Assembly: GCF_007748075.1 (NCBI RefSeq)
Contig: NZ_CP036280.1
Span: forward strand, 3,000,001-3,032,000
Direction of reading: 5' to 3'
From: Mucisphaera calidilacus
Lineage (GTDB): Bacteria > Planctomycetota > Phycisphaerae > Phycisphaerales > Phycisphaeraceae
Length of the DNA stretch: 32,000 nt
Part shown: positions 6,446 to 16,048 of the stretch, piece by piece
How positions within the stretch are numbered: position 1 is the stretch's first letter
Layout: every line of letters starts with the position of its first letter
Notes under the pieces: generated by a model
The model's input: only the letters and a program-made list of their open reading frames with translations
What the model was told of the DNA's origin: nothing
Databases searched by the model: none
Program-made: the position numbers and the translations under genes

Positions 6446-8879
6446 ATCGCTCAACCTCTTTGCAGTGCACCCAATCATCCTGGTGCATCAGACGCCATGC
6501 ATGGGCCCCTTCTCCAACAGCATGCACACCCGTTGGCAGATGAACTTCCGCACGGTGGCCTTGGGGGAGTTCAACGTTCACCTCAAGCAGGCGGTTAGTG
6601 AGCACCCAACTCGCCGTGATTATCCCATCACCGATGGGGACTGAACACGAAGCCCGGGAACAGAGGGTGCTCTCCCAGTGGGGCTTGATGACGACCTCTC
6701 CCCATGCAGGCGCGGTCGGCCTAAGCCCGCATAGCAGCTGAGGCAACAAATGAATCGGATGTGCTGACCAAGCATGCGAGCAGGTGGTGTCGCCATCACC
6801 TGGCGGCTCGAAGCGCTCCCAAGTACCGCCAAACGGCACCATGGGCAACCAATGTTCACGAAGATGATTGAGCGCCAGATCAGTCAGTCCCCAGTGATGA
6901 GCTGCTTCGTAGATGTAAGCCAGCCAGAAAGGTGTGGGTTGAGCCCCTTCGCTCAATTCACCCTTGAGGTAGCTGCCTAGATAACGATCGGCGAGTGCCG
7001 ATGCCTCTTCAGGCACTACATCAACCAACAGTGCTTGTACCTGTGTGTGCAGCGATGCTGAAGGATACAGACTTCCATCCTCAGCAAAGCCGTCCCTGAA
7101 GTGCTGATTCTCAGCATCCCAGAGCTTCTCAATGATCGAGTGTCTCAAGACCTCAGCCAGCTTGCCTACACGCTGGGCTCGCCCCCCCAGACCCACGACA
7201 TCAACAAGTTCCGCCACACGATCCAACGCTTCGAGGAGCATCATACTGAGCAAGGCAGGGCGGCCCTTACGTGGCAGATCAGGCGTCCAGTCAAGAAAAA
7301 GCCAGTACCGCGAGTCCGCAGGAACCAACTCGCCATCCGCCAGGCCATATTGCTCGAAGTAGCCCAAGACCTGATCGATCCTCGGCCAGAGCTCCTCAAA
7401 AAGACAGGGATCCCCAGTCTGAAAATAATCATCCCAGATCGTCAGCATCCAGATCGGCGCATAATCAGGCAAGACACAGTAATGGCCGATGGTCGGCGCG
7501 TGCCCATAGGTCAACCCCTCGGCTGTCGCCTGCTGAGGATCACCGACCTGACGGAGCCCACGACGAAATAGTCGCACGTCGTCCGACAGATAGAACGTGT
7601 TCCTGGCTTGGATGCGCGTGTCTCCCCACCACTGAGCCTGCTCACGCCATGGTGTGTCCACATAGGCATCGATCATGCAGTTGCGCTGAGTGCTCACCGA
7701 GACCCTGTATATCTCCATGAGATCATGTCGATCCGTTTCGAACTCACCTCTTATCTCCAGCGGATAGAGCGTCTCTCGATGCCCAACTGAGAGATTGATT
7801 TCTGAAGCAGGGCCATTAATGAGAAGCGTGGCAAAACGATGACCGATGATCTGGAAGGCATGATAAGCCTGTACTCCCTCACCAAAGCAGACTCGCGTTG
7901 CCATATCAACACGGCTGTGATCCCTAGGATCAGAGAGTATTGGTCGGCCGGTCTCATCCGCCGCTTCTGAATAAACGATGTCGAGCTTAGATTCAGATGC
8001 CGAACTATCTGCCTCGAGTAGCAACTCTCCCACACTGGGACGGCCAAGATCAATCGTCACGCCAACAGTATGGCCTTCTGTTACTTGAGGCAGCTGTAGC
8101 CGTAGCCAATCACCATCCTTGTCCCATTGAATGTGTGGCTGCTGCCAGTCAGCACTGTTTAGAGCCTCGAAGTATCGAGAGGTGATGCCATCGCCGTCTT
8201 CGGTAAGGTGATCATCACTGAGTATTGCCTGCCCGATGACTGACTGGTAGGGTAGCTGCTGTGTGGTGAGCGACGGTATGCCGCGTTGTTCTACGCGATC
8301 CCAAGGGCGACCCCCAAAAGGAAGAACAAAGGGTTCAACCCAGGAATCGCCCCCCAGATCAAGATCGGTCGCGTGCCAATCACCATCACGCTCGCGAAGA
8401 TCTACGCGCTCCTGAAACCCGAGTTGCTTACTCAGCTTGATCATCCTGCGCACGCGCGTTGGATCGTTTCGGCAGAGCCAGGAGGAATCAGATCGGATCA
8501 CGAGATCGCCGATCTCGGCTGCGCATAGCAGGCCTGCAGCCCCCTCGGATCGATAGCGGAAGGTGCCCACACCCGGGTTATGCACTAGCACACCTATAAC
8601 ATTGATGCCCTCACGTAGATATACATCCAATACATATTCATCAACCGGCCAGTGAGACTGATACCCCCGTGCTGGTCCACGCCCCACATACTGACCATTG
8701 ATGAATAGCTGATACGACTCGTCGGCCGTAATACACATTAGGCACTGTGTGGGAAGAAGCTTCAGCTCAAAGGTCTTGCGAAACTGTACGTAACGATTGA
8801 CCGGATCCAGCGTCGGCTCGTCATGCCAGAGCCACGAAGCTTCCGGAAGCACTTCCTGAAAGAGATCTTGGTTGTTCAT
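6438..8879 (-). CDS. Alpha-L-rhamnosidase-like glycoside hydrolase (GH78-type)
   Basis: N-terminal rhamnosidase-type region (ASWLWHDE...YVQFRKTFEL...LMCITADESYQLFINGQYVGRGP...EYVLDVYLREGINVIGV). Six-hairpin region (DTPWREQAQWWGDTRIQ...LPDYAPIWMLTIWDYFQTGD-like). No obvious signal peptide. Confidence 0.65.
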   Translation of the reverse strand: MNNQDLFQEVLPEASWLWHDEPTLDPVNRYVQFRKTFELKLLPTQCLMCITADESYQLFINGQYVGRGPARGYQSHWPVDEYVLDVYLREGINVIGVLVHNPGVGTFRYRSEGAAGLLCAAEIGDLVIRSDSSWLCRNDPTRVRRMIKLSKQLGFQERVDLRERDGDWHATDLDLGGDSWVEPFVLPFGGRPWDRVEQRGIPSLTTQQLPYQSVIGQAILSDDHLTEDGDGITSRYFEALNSADWQQPHIQWDKDGDWLRLQLPQVTEGHTVGVTIDLGRPSVGELLLEADSSASESKLDIVYSEAADETGRPILSDPRDHSRVDMATRVCFGEGVQAYHAFQIIGHRFATLLINGPASEINLSVGHRETLYPLEIRGEFETDRHDLMEIYRVSVSTQRNCMIDAYVDTPWREQAQWWGDTRIQARNTFYLSDDVRLFRRGLRQVGDPQQATAEGLTYGHAPTIGHYCVLPDYAPIWMLTIWDDYFQTGDPCLFEELWPRIDQVLGYFEQYGLADGELVPADSRYWLFLDWTPDLPRKGRPALLSMMLLEALDRVAELVDVVGLGGRAQRVGKLAEVLRHSIIEKLWDAENQHFRDGFAEDGSLYPSASLHTQVQALLVDVVPEEASALADRYLGSYLKGELSEGAQPTPFWLAYIYEAAHHWGLTDLALNHLREHWLPMVPFGGTWERFEPPGDGDTTCSHAWSAHPIHLLPQLLCGLRPTAPAWGEVVIKPHWESTLCSRASCSVPIGDGIITASWVLTNRLLEVNVELPQGHRAEVHLPTGVHAVGEGAHAWRLMHQDDWVHCKEVERYA

Positions 8880-8905
8880 AAATGTAGTTTAGTTGAGAAG
8901 TGAAA

Positions 8906-10621
8906 CTAGCCACGCCTAAAGAGAACCTGACGCTGATAGGTGCTATCCGGCATCGATCGGTGCACCATGTCATCCAGAGGCCTTAACACCGCCCCGCTCA
9001 CACGATCAATCAACGTTGCGGGTTCACTGACTTCCAGACGCTCCGGATGTAGCTGATCACCGATCAACCAAGGCATTGAGTAGCTGCCTAAGACCAACGG
9101 GCCCCACTGAATCCGTACTCGATCAGAGTCATGGCTCCATGCGTCAAGTGTCCAGGCCATCCGCCAGGTGCACTCAATTCGAGATCCAGCCTTTGGCATA
9201 AACTCAAAAACAGACCACTGCCCAACGCGCTCCACGGGATGCGCAATCCCATCAATCCGGATAATCGGATCCTCATCATCAAGAACCGGCAATCGCCAGC
9301 AAATAGACTCAGATATCGATGAAGACAGAACCTCAACAACGAGTCGCCCCTCACGGGGGTAACCGGAATCGATCTTGAGCTGCAGACGCTCGCCACCAAG
9401 GCTCAGTTCCGCCTGAACACTCTCTAATAAACCAAGACTGATCTGCTTGTCAACGACACGCAACGCCGAAGCCGCCGCATAAGCAAGCCCATCCGCGCCA
9501 CGCATTGTGCAGCACCAGGGAGCCTCAGGCGTCGAGATCCCAACATGATGACCGCGTACACCCACACAGCTGTCGCACCCATAGCCCCCATTACACCGCT
9601 GAGCGTGCCCCAGCCCGCTGTACCAGATTCCATGTAAAGCCTTAAGATGGCGAAACTGCCCTTTGGCCTGCCAGAGATGCTCCGCGACCATCATCGCATC
9701 AACGATCGCGCACGGCTCTGTCCAACTCGGTCGTCCAAACCAGTTCTGATTCTGATAGAGAGCCGTCGAGCCATACTGCAAGTACAGATCGAAACGAGAT
9801 TCAACTGAATCAATCAGATCAGGGCGGTTAAGGATTCTGGCCGCTCGTAGCAAAGCCCGGCAGGCGGTCAGGGTGGCGTGTGTTTGCGCCTGAGCCTGAA
9901 CTACATCGATCAAGAGAAAACGCTCGGCCATCGCCGAGATCAAGTCACGAAGCTCTTCTGAAGCATAATGCCGATAGAACGAGGTCAGGCCGTCAAGAAA
10001 GATGAAGGCACAGCCCACGTCGGTGGAAATCCGCCAGCCGTCGATCGCCTGACTCAGATGCCCCGCATGCAGGCCGCTCCGATCACCCGAGCTTGGCGGA
10101 GTGAGTGGGTAGCTCGCGATCAGACCCTTAAGGCCTTGCGTCAGCCCATCGACCACACGCCTGCCACGAACCAGCCAACGCGGATCACCAGTCACGTCGT
10201 AAGCCGCGCCAAGACCGCGCAGTACCCAGCCATGCGATGACAGCTGCTGCTCGTCTGCCAGCCCGCTTGAAACGATCGCCCCAAAATAGCCCTGCCTATT
10301 GACATGGCGCTCCCAGCCCTTATCCAGCGTCTCCACCAGGGGGTGGGCCATGCCGCTCGTAGCCGAAAGCCGCGAAGCTGCCAGCAACGCACGCCCTTCA
10401 TAATCTCCCGGCCACTCATAACCGGGCGTGTGCGTAAAAATCTCCTCAGCGGTGTAAGGCGACATCAATAACCGCTCGTAACTCAACAAAACACGCTTGG
10501 CAAGGTTTCCCGAGGCCGTAACTGAGAGAACTCGACTCTTACGACGTCGAGGGGGCACCTGCACGGATTGGCTGACAACCACGGCAGGTGTATCTGGAAT
10601 GGTGCGTGTGCCTGAATTCAT
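8906..10621 (-). CDS. Six-hairpin glycosidase-like protein, GH127/DUF1680-like (possible beta-L-arabinofuranosidase-type)
   Basis: (alpha/alpha)6-like motifs (YEGRALLAAS, QLSSHGWVLRGLGAAYDVTGDPRWL). Cys-rich putative active/Zn site (CNGGYGCDSC...PWCCTMRG) reminiscent of the GH127 CC motif. Lies 26 nt upstream of the GH78 gene on the same strand. Family assignment is tentative, and the start (10621 vs 10462) is uncertain. Confidence 0.5.
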   Translation of the reverse strand: MNSGTRTIPDTPAVVVSQSVQVPPRRRKSRVLSVTASGNLAKRVLLSYERLLMSPYTAEEIFTHTPGYEWPGDYEGRALLAASRLSATSGMAHPLVETLDKGWERHVNRQGYFGAIVSSGLADEQQLSSHGWVLRGLGAAYDVTGDPRWLVRGRRVVDGLTQGLKGLIASYPLTPPSSGDRSGLHAGHLSQAIDGWRISTDVGCAFIFLDGLTSFYRHYASEELRDLISAMAERFLLIDVVQAQAQTHATLTACRALLRAARILNRPDLIDSVESRFDLYLQYGSTALYQNQNWFGRPSWTEPCAIVDAMMVAEHLWQAKGQFRHLKALHGIWYSGLGHAQRCNGGYGCDSCVGVRGHHVGISTPEAPWCCTMRGADGLAYAAASALRVVDKQISLGLLESVQAELSLGGERLQLKIDSGYPREGRLVVEVLSSSISESICWRLPVLDDEDPIIRIDGIAHPVERVGQWSVFEFMPKAGSRIECTWRMAWTLDAWSHDSDRVRIQWGPLVLGSYSMPWLIGDQLHPERLEVSEPATLIDRVSGAVLRPLDDMVHRSMPDSTYQRQVLFRRG

Positions 10622-10820
10622 GCTAAAACTCGATGAACAATGAAGTCAGATATAGCATGCCTATCAAACGAAGCCCGGCGCTCTGGCTCATCTCCGATCA
10701 TTCCGGAATCGTCAGGTCAGTGAATAAAAACAACACCGAAAGCAGCCATGAGTCAGGTGAAATCGCCCAGATTCTCTGCTAACCTTTCTTGAATGGTTAG
10801 ATGAGGCAACCGACAACGCT

Positions 10821-11666
10821 ATGCCTACCGCCCCAGCATCTCGACAGGCCGGATTCGGCTTCAACGGCAATTACATGGACATTGAGCCCATGGCCGCACC
10901 TCATCAGCACCTCGACATCGAGATCGATTTCATCCTCGAGGGTGGTGCAGAATATACCATCGCCAACAAACATATACGCCTCATACCCGGTCATCTGCTC
11001 ATCTTCTGGTCGACTATCCCGCATCAGGTCAAGCGTTTTGAGCCTGAAACTAAAGGCTGCTACCTTCACCTGCCCATCATGGAATTCTTCCACTGGAACC
11101 TGAAGTCCGACCTCGTCGCACGTGTCAGTTCTTGCGAAACCGTCCTCATCGAGTCGGGCAGGTACTACGAACTCGACCGCAACCTCTTCAAGCTGTGGGT
11201 TGAAGATTTCCTTAGCCCAGGCTTTAAGAACTCGCTCGCCGTCAGAAGACAGCTGATGAATGAGATCGAATATCGATTTCGACGCGTCGAACCCGACGCC
11301 ATCAATGCCATGCCTACCGTCCTCAACGGGCCCGTCCCTGATGTCGTCATCGAGATGGCTAAGTGCATTGCCAGCGATTGCTGCGCCCCTTGTTTCACCG
11401 TACAGACGGTCGCACAACAGGTCGAGCTCAACGAACGCTACGCCATGACGCTCTTCAAAAAAAGCCTCGGAATGACCATCCACGAATTCATCCTCAGGCA
11501 CCGCGTCGCCCACGCCCAGTATCTCCTAGCGACAACCGATCAGACCGTCCTGGCCGTCGGCCTAGAAAGCGGCTTTGGCTCGCAAAGCAGCTTCTACGCG
11601 GCCTTCAAGCGCTACGCCAAGCTAGCTCCCGCCGACTACCGAGAGCAACTCCACAGCTCTAACTAA
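10821..11666 (+). CDS. AraC-family transcriptional regulator (cupin sensor + HTH_18)
   Basis: N-terminal cupin-like region (HQHLDIEIDFILEGG...IPGHLLIFWSTIPH). C-terminal AraC HTH (VQTVAQQVELNERYAMTLFKKSLGMTIHEFILRHRVAHAQYLLATTDQTVLAVGLESGFGSQSSFYAAFKRYAKLAPADYR). Divergent from the GH operon. Confidence 0.85.
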   Translation: MPTAPASRQAGFGFNGNYMDIEPMAAPHQHLDIEIDFILEGGAEYTIANKHIRLIPGHLLIFWSTIPHQVKRFEPETKGCYLHLPIMEFFHWNLKSDLVARVSSCETVLIESGRYYELDRNLFKLWVEDFLSPGFKNSLAVRRQLMNEIEYRFRRVEPDAINAMPTVLNGPVPDVVIEMAKCIASDCCAPCFTVQTVAQQVELNERYAMTLFKKSLGMTIHEFILRHRVAHAQYLLATTDQTVLAVGLESGFGSQSSFYAAFKRYAKLAPADYREQLHSSN

Positions 11667-11864
11667 CTACTGCCTGTAAATCTGGAGAATCTGATAATCC
11701 CGGAAGTGTCTGGGTGGCAGACGGAAGCCGTGGATTGAAGATCGCGGCATATTGTTGTACGAATCAAGAGTGATTTCCATGTTTCGTGCAGCCTAGATGC
11801 CAGATCAATGGTCTCAACCCCGAATTAATCGATTCATCTGGCATGAACATAACGGAGTCTCGAT

Positions 11865-12698
11865 ATGGCCAGCATGCCAGATATTCAGTTGATCAATAAT
11901 CGCGCCTTCACTCTTATTGAACTCCTCGTGGTGATCTCCATCATTGCCCTGCTCATCGGCATCCTGCTGCCGGCTCTTGGTGCCGCACGCGAATCTGCCA
12001 GGCTTATGTCCTGCCTCGCTAACGAAAGACAGATGGGCATCGCCATGACTAATTTTGCCTACAGTAAGGACGGCCGTCTTCCCTACGACGAACTCGATCT
12101 CTCGCAGGGCACTTGGCCCAACGCCCCCATACGTGTCACTTGGGACGACCAGCTCTCCCAGTACGACAGCCGCCAGCTCGATCAGCAGGCCGTCAATCAG
12201 GATCTCCTCGCTGAGGAAGACGGTGTTCAGAATCTCTACCTCTGCCCATCCGACGACCTCGATCGAGAAACCGCGGGCATCGCCAAACGAACTTACGCCA
12301 TGGCCGCTGGAAGCCAATTTCACCAGCAGAACCCTGACCTCGGTACTTGGGAAGTCGGCATCTATGGCTGGGACCAGATCATCCACGTGAACGAGGACCG
12401 CCGAACACTCTGGTCCGCGAAGATCGACAGTGTCTTCGATGCTTCAGGCACCATCGCTATCGGTGAATACGCCACCGAGACCAACTATCTGGGACGCGCC
12501 GAAGACCGCGTAATGGAGCTGTTGAACATGGAGGCCCCAGACGCACCCGAAGCCGGCTATACCCCACACCAGGCCAGCGGTCGCACCAATTTCCTCTATG
12601 TCGACGGGCACGCCTCCACCAGCTCCTATCCCGAAGTCTTCGAGAACCGCATAGCCAAGGGCAATTACAACGGAACCGCTTTTGACTGCTTCAAGTGA
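11865..12698 (+). CDS. DUF1559-type pseudopilin (prepilin N-terminal cleavage/methylation domain plus H-X9-DG-like C-terminal motif)
   Basis: [40 protein letters not shown] is the type IV pilin-like N-methylation signal. The C-terminus has [11 protein letters not shown]. Confidence 0.85.
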   Translation: MASMPDIQLINNRAFTLIELLVVISIIALLIGILLPALGAARESARLMSCLANERQMGIAMTNFAYSKDGRLPYDELDLSQGTWPNAPIRVTWDDQLSQYDSRQLDQQAVNQDLLAEEDGVQNLYLCPSDDLDRETAGIAKRTYAMAAGSQFHQQNPDLGTWEVGIYGWDQIIHVNEDRRTLWSAKIDSVFDASGTIAIGEYATETNYLGRAEDRVMELLNMEAPDAPEAGYTPHQASGRTNFLYVDGHASTSSYPEVFENRIAKGNYNGTAFDCFK

Positions 12699-12744
12699 GC
12701 CGTCTTGCTCACGCATCTCTGTTTCAACCTTAAGGAGGGTTACG

Positions 12745-13350
12745 ATGATAGTAGATTCAATGATGAGAACATGTTGCACCTTCACGGCCGCCAGTCTGCT
12801 CGCGACAACAGCAGCCACGGCACAAGTTGGCCCCGGCCAACCCTTCATCGCCGACGACTTCGAGTCTGGCCTCGGTTCATGGGGTACTGAGGGCGGAACC
12901 GCCGCTGTCAGCATCACCGCGGATGCCTTCAACGGTGCAGGGGCATTGGAAGTCGATTACGCCGCTGATTTCGATGGGGCGCGTATCGATATCCCTCTCG
13001 ATCCCAGCAATATCTTCGCTGAGATGAATCTGGGATTCGTCTACAAGGCCGCCGTCGATAGCGCTTCTGCCCTCCCGGGTCTACGCGCACTCGTGGTTGA
13101 GTTCAGCCCGTCGGGTCTCACCTTCCATAACGGTGATTTCCTGTTTGCTAGCGACACATGGCAGGCATCGCCGCTACAGACCATCAACCTTGCTCGCCCT
13201 GATGCCGACGCGCTCGCCCTGATCATTCAGGGACACACCAACAAGCCCGGTTCCTTCATTGTTGATGACCTGACTCTCTCCAACGTTCCGGAGCCCGCCT
13301 CCGCAGCCTTGCTCGGACTCGCTGGACTCATCGCGACACGCAGACGCTGA
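12745..13350 (+). CDS. Secreted CBM-like (jelly-roll type) protein with PEP-CTERM anchor
   Basis: AAGGAGG at 12732-12738, then ATG 12745. Signal peptide (TFTAASLLATTAATAQV). ADDFESGLGSWG-type CBM4/9-like opening. C-terminal VPEPASAALLGLAGLIATRRR is PEP-CTERM. Paralog of 15047-16000. Confidence 0.75.
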   Translation: MIVDSMMRTCCTFTAASLLATTAATAQVGPGQPFIADDFESGLGSWGTEGGTAAVSITADAFNGAGALEVDYAADFDGARIDIPLDPSNIFAEMNLGFVYKAAVDSASALPGLRALVVEFSPSGLTFHNGDFLFASDTWQASPLQTINLARPDADALALIIQGHTNKPGSFIVDDLTLSNVPEPASAALLGLAGLIATRRR

Positions 13351-13434
13351 CACCGAGTTAACTCGCGTCACATCGCCTAACCGTGGTGTGACGCCTTATG
13401 TGACGGATCACATACACCGCAGCTAGGGATAAAC

Positions 13435-15039
13435 ATGCGTAAAGCACTCCAGATTGCGATCTCACTCGCCTTTTGTGCCTCGACCACCCAGGCTGATGTG
13501 TCATTCAGCGGTGCCCCTGTGTACCAGGCTACCGTCGGCGCATGGTGGACACCTTTCTACGACCTCAACTCATCAGAGCCGGCCAAAAACTGGGCCGATA
13601 CCCGCTACGACGCGTATCACTCCAACCCGTCTGGCCAAACCGCACTGGGTACCTATAGCTCCGGTTGGGTTCAGACCATCGATAGCCAGATCGCCCAGAT
13701 GAAAGCCGCGGGCATTGATTTTGTTCTCTCCGATCTCACCAACGGCGTCGGCAATGGCATGTCCGAAACTGAGATCCTGATTCAGCGAAACACGATCCCG
13801 GTCGCAGCCGCTATCGGTGGTCCCCTGTGGTTCGGCGGGCCCACCCCCGCCGATGTTCAGGCACAGATGCAGCTCGAAGTCGATGCCGTCTGGAACAAGC
13901 TCGCTAACCAGCCCAACTATGTGCAGTACGAGGGGCAGCCTCTGCTTGTGGCTTACGCCTCATACGACCAGGGGACCCAGAACATGCTTTTGCCGTTCTG
14001 GGGCGACTCTCGGTTTAACGTCCAGCGCGCCACCGGCCGACTCGATGCCGCCAATGCTAATCTCGATCTAGATCAACTTCCCTGGGATTCCTGGTGGGGC
14101 TGGCTCAACGAAGATCAGTTTGCAAGCCCCACCGCCATGGTCGTCAGCCCTGGTTACGACACCGTGCACCTGCGCGGCTCAGCCGGCTTCAAGAAAGACC
14201 GATTCGACGGCGAGGTCTACATCCAGCAATGGCTGGGTGCTATTGCCAACGATCCGGATTTCGTGATCATCGCCAGCTGGAACGACTACAACGAAGAGAA
14301 CCACATCGAGCCCAGCGAGCCCCGAGTCACGGGTGCTCCTCAATGGAAAGACATCAATGGCTTCCAGACCAGCGATCTCTACGTCCAGCTGACTCAGGGC
14401 TACACCGCTCTGCGTGCCAACGTTCTGATTGAAGGTTTCTACTACAGCGAGGAATCTTCTTCTGATATCTATCGTCTTGAGCAAGGCAGCCTAATTTACA
14501 TCGGGGCCGTCAGCCAGATCGAGCCCAACTCTGCTGTGGTCCGGCTGCCAGGCAGCCTTCTGACAGATATTCGCAACCATCGGACACTCTCGACCTACCC
14601 GCCTCCTACACTGCCTTCGGGTGATCTTGACAGCAATGGTATCATATCCGCCGCAGATTTTGACATACTTCTCGATGCCATCCACCTCGGAAGCATTGAC
14701 CCAGCCTACGACTACGATTTTTCAGGAACCATCGATGCCCTGGACGCCCGTGTCTGGCTCGTGCAGATCTTCAACACGCGCTCTGGCGACATCAATCTCG
14801 ATCATCTCATCGACCTGAATGACCTCTCGCTGCTCGCCACCTACTTTGGGCAAAGCGGGAGCTACAAGCAAGGTGACGCTAATTTTAATGGTGTAATTGA
14901 CCTACTCGATCTCTCCATTATGGCTACCAATTTTGGATATAACTCGGTTCCAGAACCAGCATTCGCTTGGCTGACGGCCACTCTCGTCGGTCACGTTTAC
15001 CGACGCACCCGATCAACACCCCTTAAATCAAGGAAGTGA
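13435..15039 (+). CDS. Secreted TIM-barrel glycoside-hydrolase-like protein (GH99-like motifs) with four dockerin-type repeats and PEP-CTERM anchor
   Basis: Signal peptide (AISLAFCASTTQADV). AGIDFVLSD and VIIASWNDYNEENHIEPSEP motifs. Dockerin/EF-hand-like repeats (GDLDSNGIISAADFD, DYDFSGTIDALDAR, GDINLDHLIDLNDLS, GDANFNGVIDLLDLS). VPEPAFAWLTATLVGHVYRRTRS is PEP-CTERM. The catalytic family is not established. Confidence 0.7.
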   Translation: MRKALQIAISLAFCASTTQADVSFSGAPVYQATVGAWWTPFYDLNSSEPAKNWADTRYDAYHSNPSGQTALGTYSSGWVQTIDSQIAQMKAAGIDFVLSDLTNGVGNGMSETEILIQRNTIPVAAAIGGPLWFGGPTPADVQAQMQLEVDAVWNKLANQPNYVQYEGQPLLVAYASYDQGTQNMLLPFWGDSRFNVQRATGRLDAANANLDLDQLPWDSWWGWLNEDQFASPTAMVVSPGYDTVHLRGSAGFKKDRFDGEVYIQQWLGAIANDPDFVIIASWNDYNEENHIEPSEPRVTGAPQWKDINGFQTSDLYVQLTQGYTALRANVLIEGFYYSEESSSDIYRLEQGSLIYIGAVSQIEPNSAVVRLPGSLLTDIRNHRTLSTYPPPTLPSGDLDSNGIISAADFDILLDAIHLGSIDPAYDYDFSGTIDALDARVWLVQIFNTRSGDINLDHLIDLNDLSLLATYFGQSGSYKQGDANFNGVIDLLDLSIMATNFGYNSVPEPAFAWLTATLVGHVYRRTRSTPLKSRK

Positions 15040-15046
15040 TATAATC

Positions 15047-16000
15047 ATGAAATCGAACACATGCCTGCTCGTCGCAACCGTCTCGTTCTTGTCCGCCACT
15101 GCCGCGAATGCCCAGGTCGGCCCTGGAGAGAACTTCCTTGCCGATGATTTCGAGGATGGAATCGGCCTGTGGTTCTCCGAGGGGGTCACCGGTGGAGTCG
15201 ATATCTCCAGCGACGCTTTCGAAGGCATTGGAGCTCTCGAAGTCGATTACATTGCTGACTTTCATGGAGCCAGACAGGACATCAGCCTCGATCCATCAAA
15301 TCGCATGGCTGAGATCGATCTCGGCTTCGTCTACAAAACCGCACCCGACAACTCAGTTGAGCTACCTGGAGCAAGAGCTGTTCTTGTCGAGTTCAGCCCA
15401 TCCGGGATCACTTTCCACAACGGTGATTTCCTGTTCGCGACCGACACATGGCAGGCTGCACCACCCACTCGCTTCACACTCGCACGACCCGACGCCGATG
15501 CACTCGGCCTCATCATCCAGGGACACACAAATCGTCCTGGATCATTCCTTATCGATAATCTCACCCTCACTAACGCCGCCGCGCCTGCCCTGCTCGGCGA
15601 TTTCGACAACTCCGGCGACCTCACCATCGCCGACGTCGATCTTCTTTCCGCAGCCATTCAAGGCGGACCTGCCGGCCCAGAGTTCGATCTGGACGAAAGC
15701 GGCACCCTTACCAATGCGGACCTGACTTTCTGGCTCGAAGATCTATTCGGTACCCGACTCGGCGACGCCAACCTCGATCATGAAGTCGATCTTCTTGATC
15801 TCTCAGCCTTAGCCTCAAAATTCGGCCAGCCCGCAAGCTACGCTGAAGGTGACTTCACTGCTGATGGTTTCGTTGATCTTCTCGACCTCTCAGCCCTCGC
15901 CACCAACTTCGGTTTAGAGGGTGGAACCGTCATTCCCGAGCCTGCTGTTGCTACGCTTGCTCTCATCCCCTTGATAGCCGTCAGAAGACGACACCACTAA
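15047..16000 (+). CDS. Secreted CBM-like protein with four dockerin-type repeats and PEP-CTERM anchor (paralog of 12745-13350)
   Basis: Signal peptide (LLVATVSFLSATAANAQV). The 154-aa domain is 107/154 identical, gap-free, to the upstream paralog (hand alignment). Dockerin-type repeats GDFDNSGDLTIADVD, DLDESGTLTNADLT, GDANLDHEVDLLDLS, GDFTADGFVDLLDLS. IPEPAVATLALIPLIAVRRRHH is PEP-CTERM. Confidence 0.75.
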   Translation: MKSNTCLLVATVSFLSATAANAQVGPGENFLADDFEDGIGLWFSEGVTGGVDISSDAFEGIGALEVDYIADFHGARQDISLDPSNRMAEIDLGFVYKTAPDNSVELPGARAVLVEFSPSGITFHNGDFLFATDTWQAAPPTRFTLARPDADALGLIIQGHTNRPGSFLIDNLTLTNAAAPALLGDFDNSGDLTIADVDLLSAAIQGGPAGPEFDLDESGTLTNADLTFWLEDLFGTRLGDANLDHEVDLLDLSALASKFGQPASYAEGDFTADGFVDLLDLSALATNFGLEGGTVIPEPAVATLALIPLIAVRRRHH

Positions 16001-16048
16001 TCCGTACTACGTCGCAGCCAGTCTCCTAAGAAAGATCAAAACGAATCC

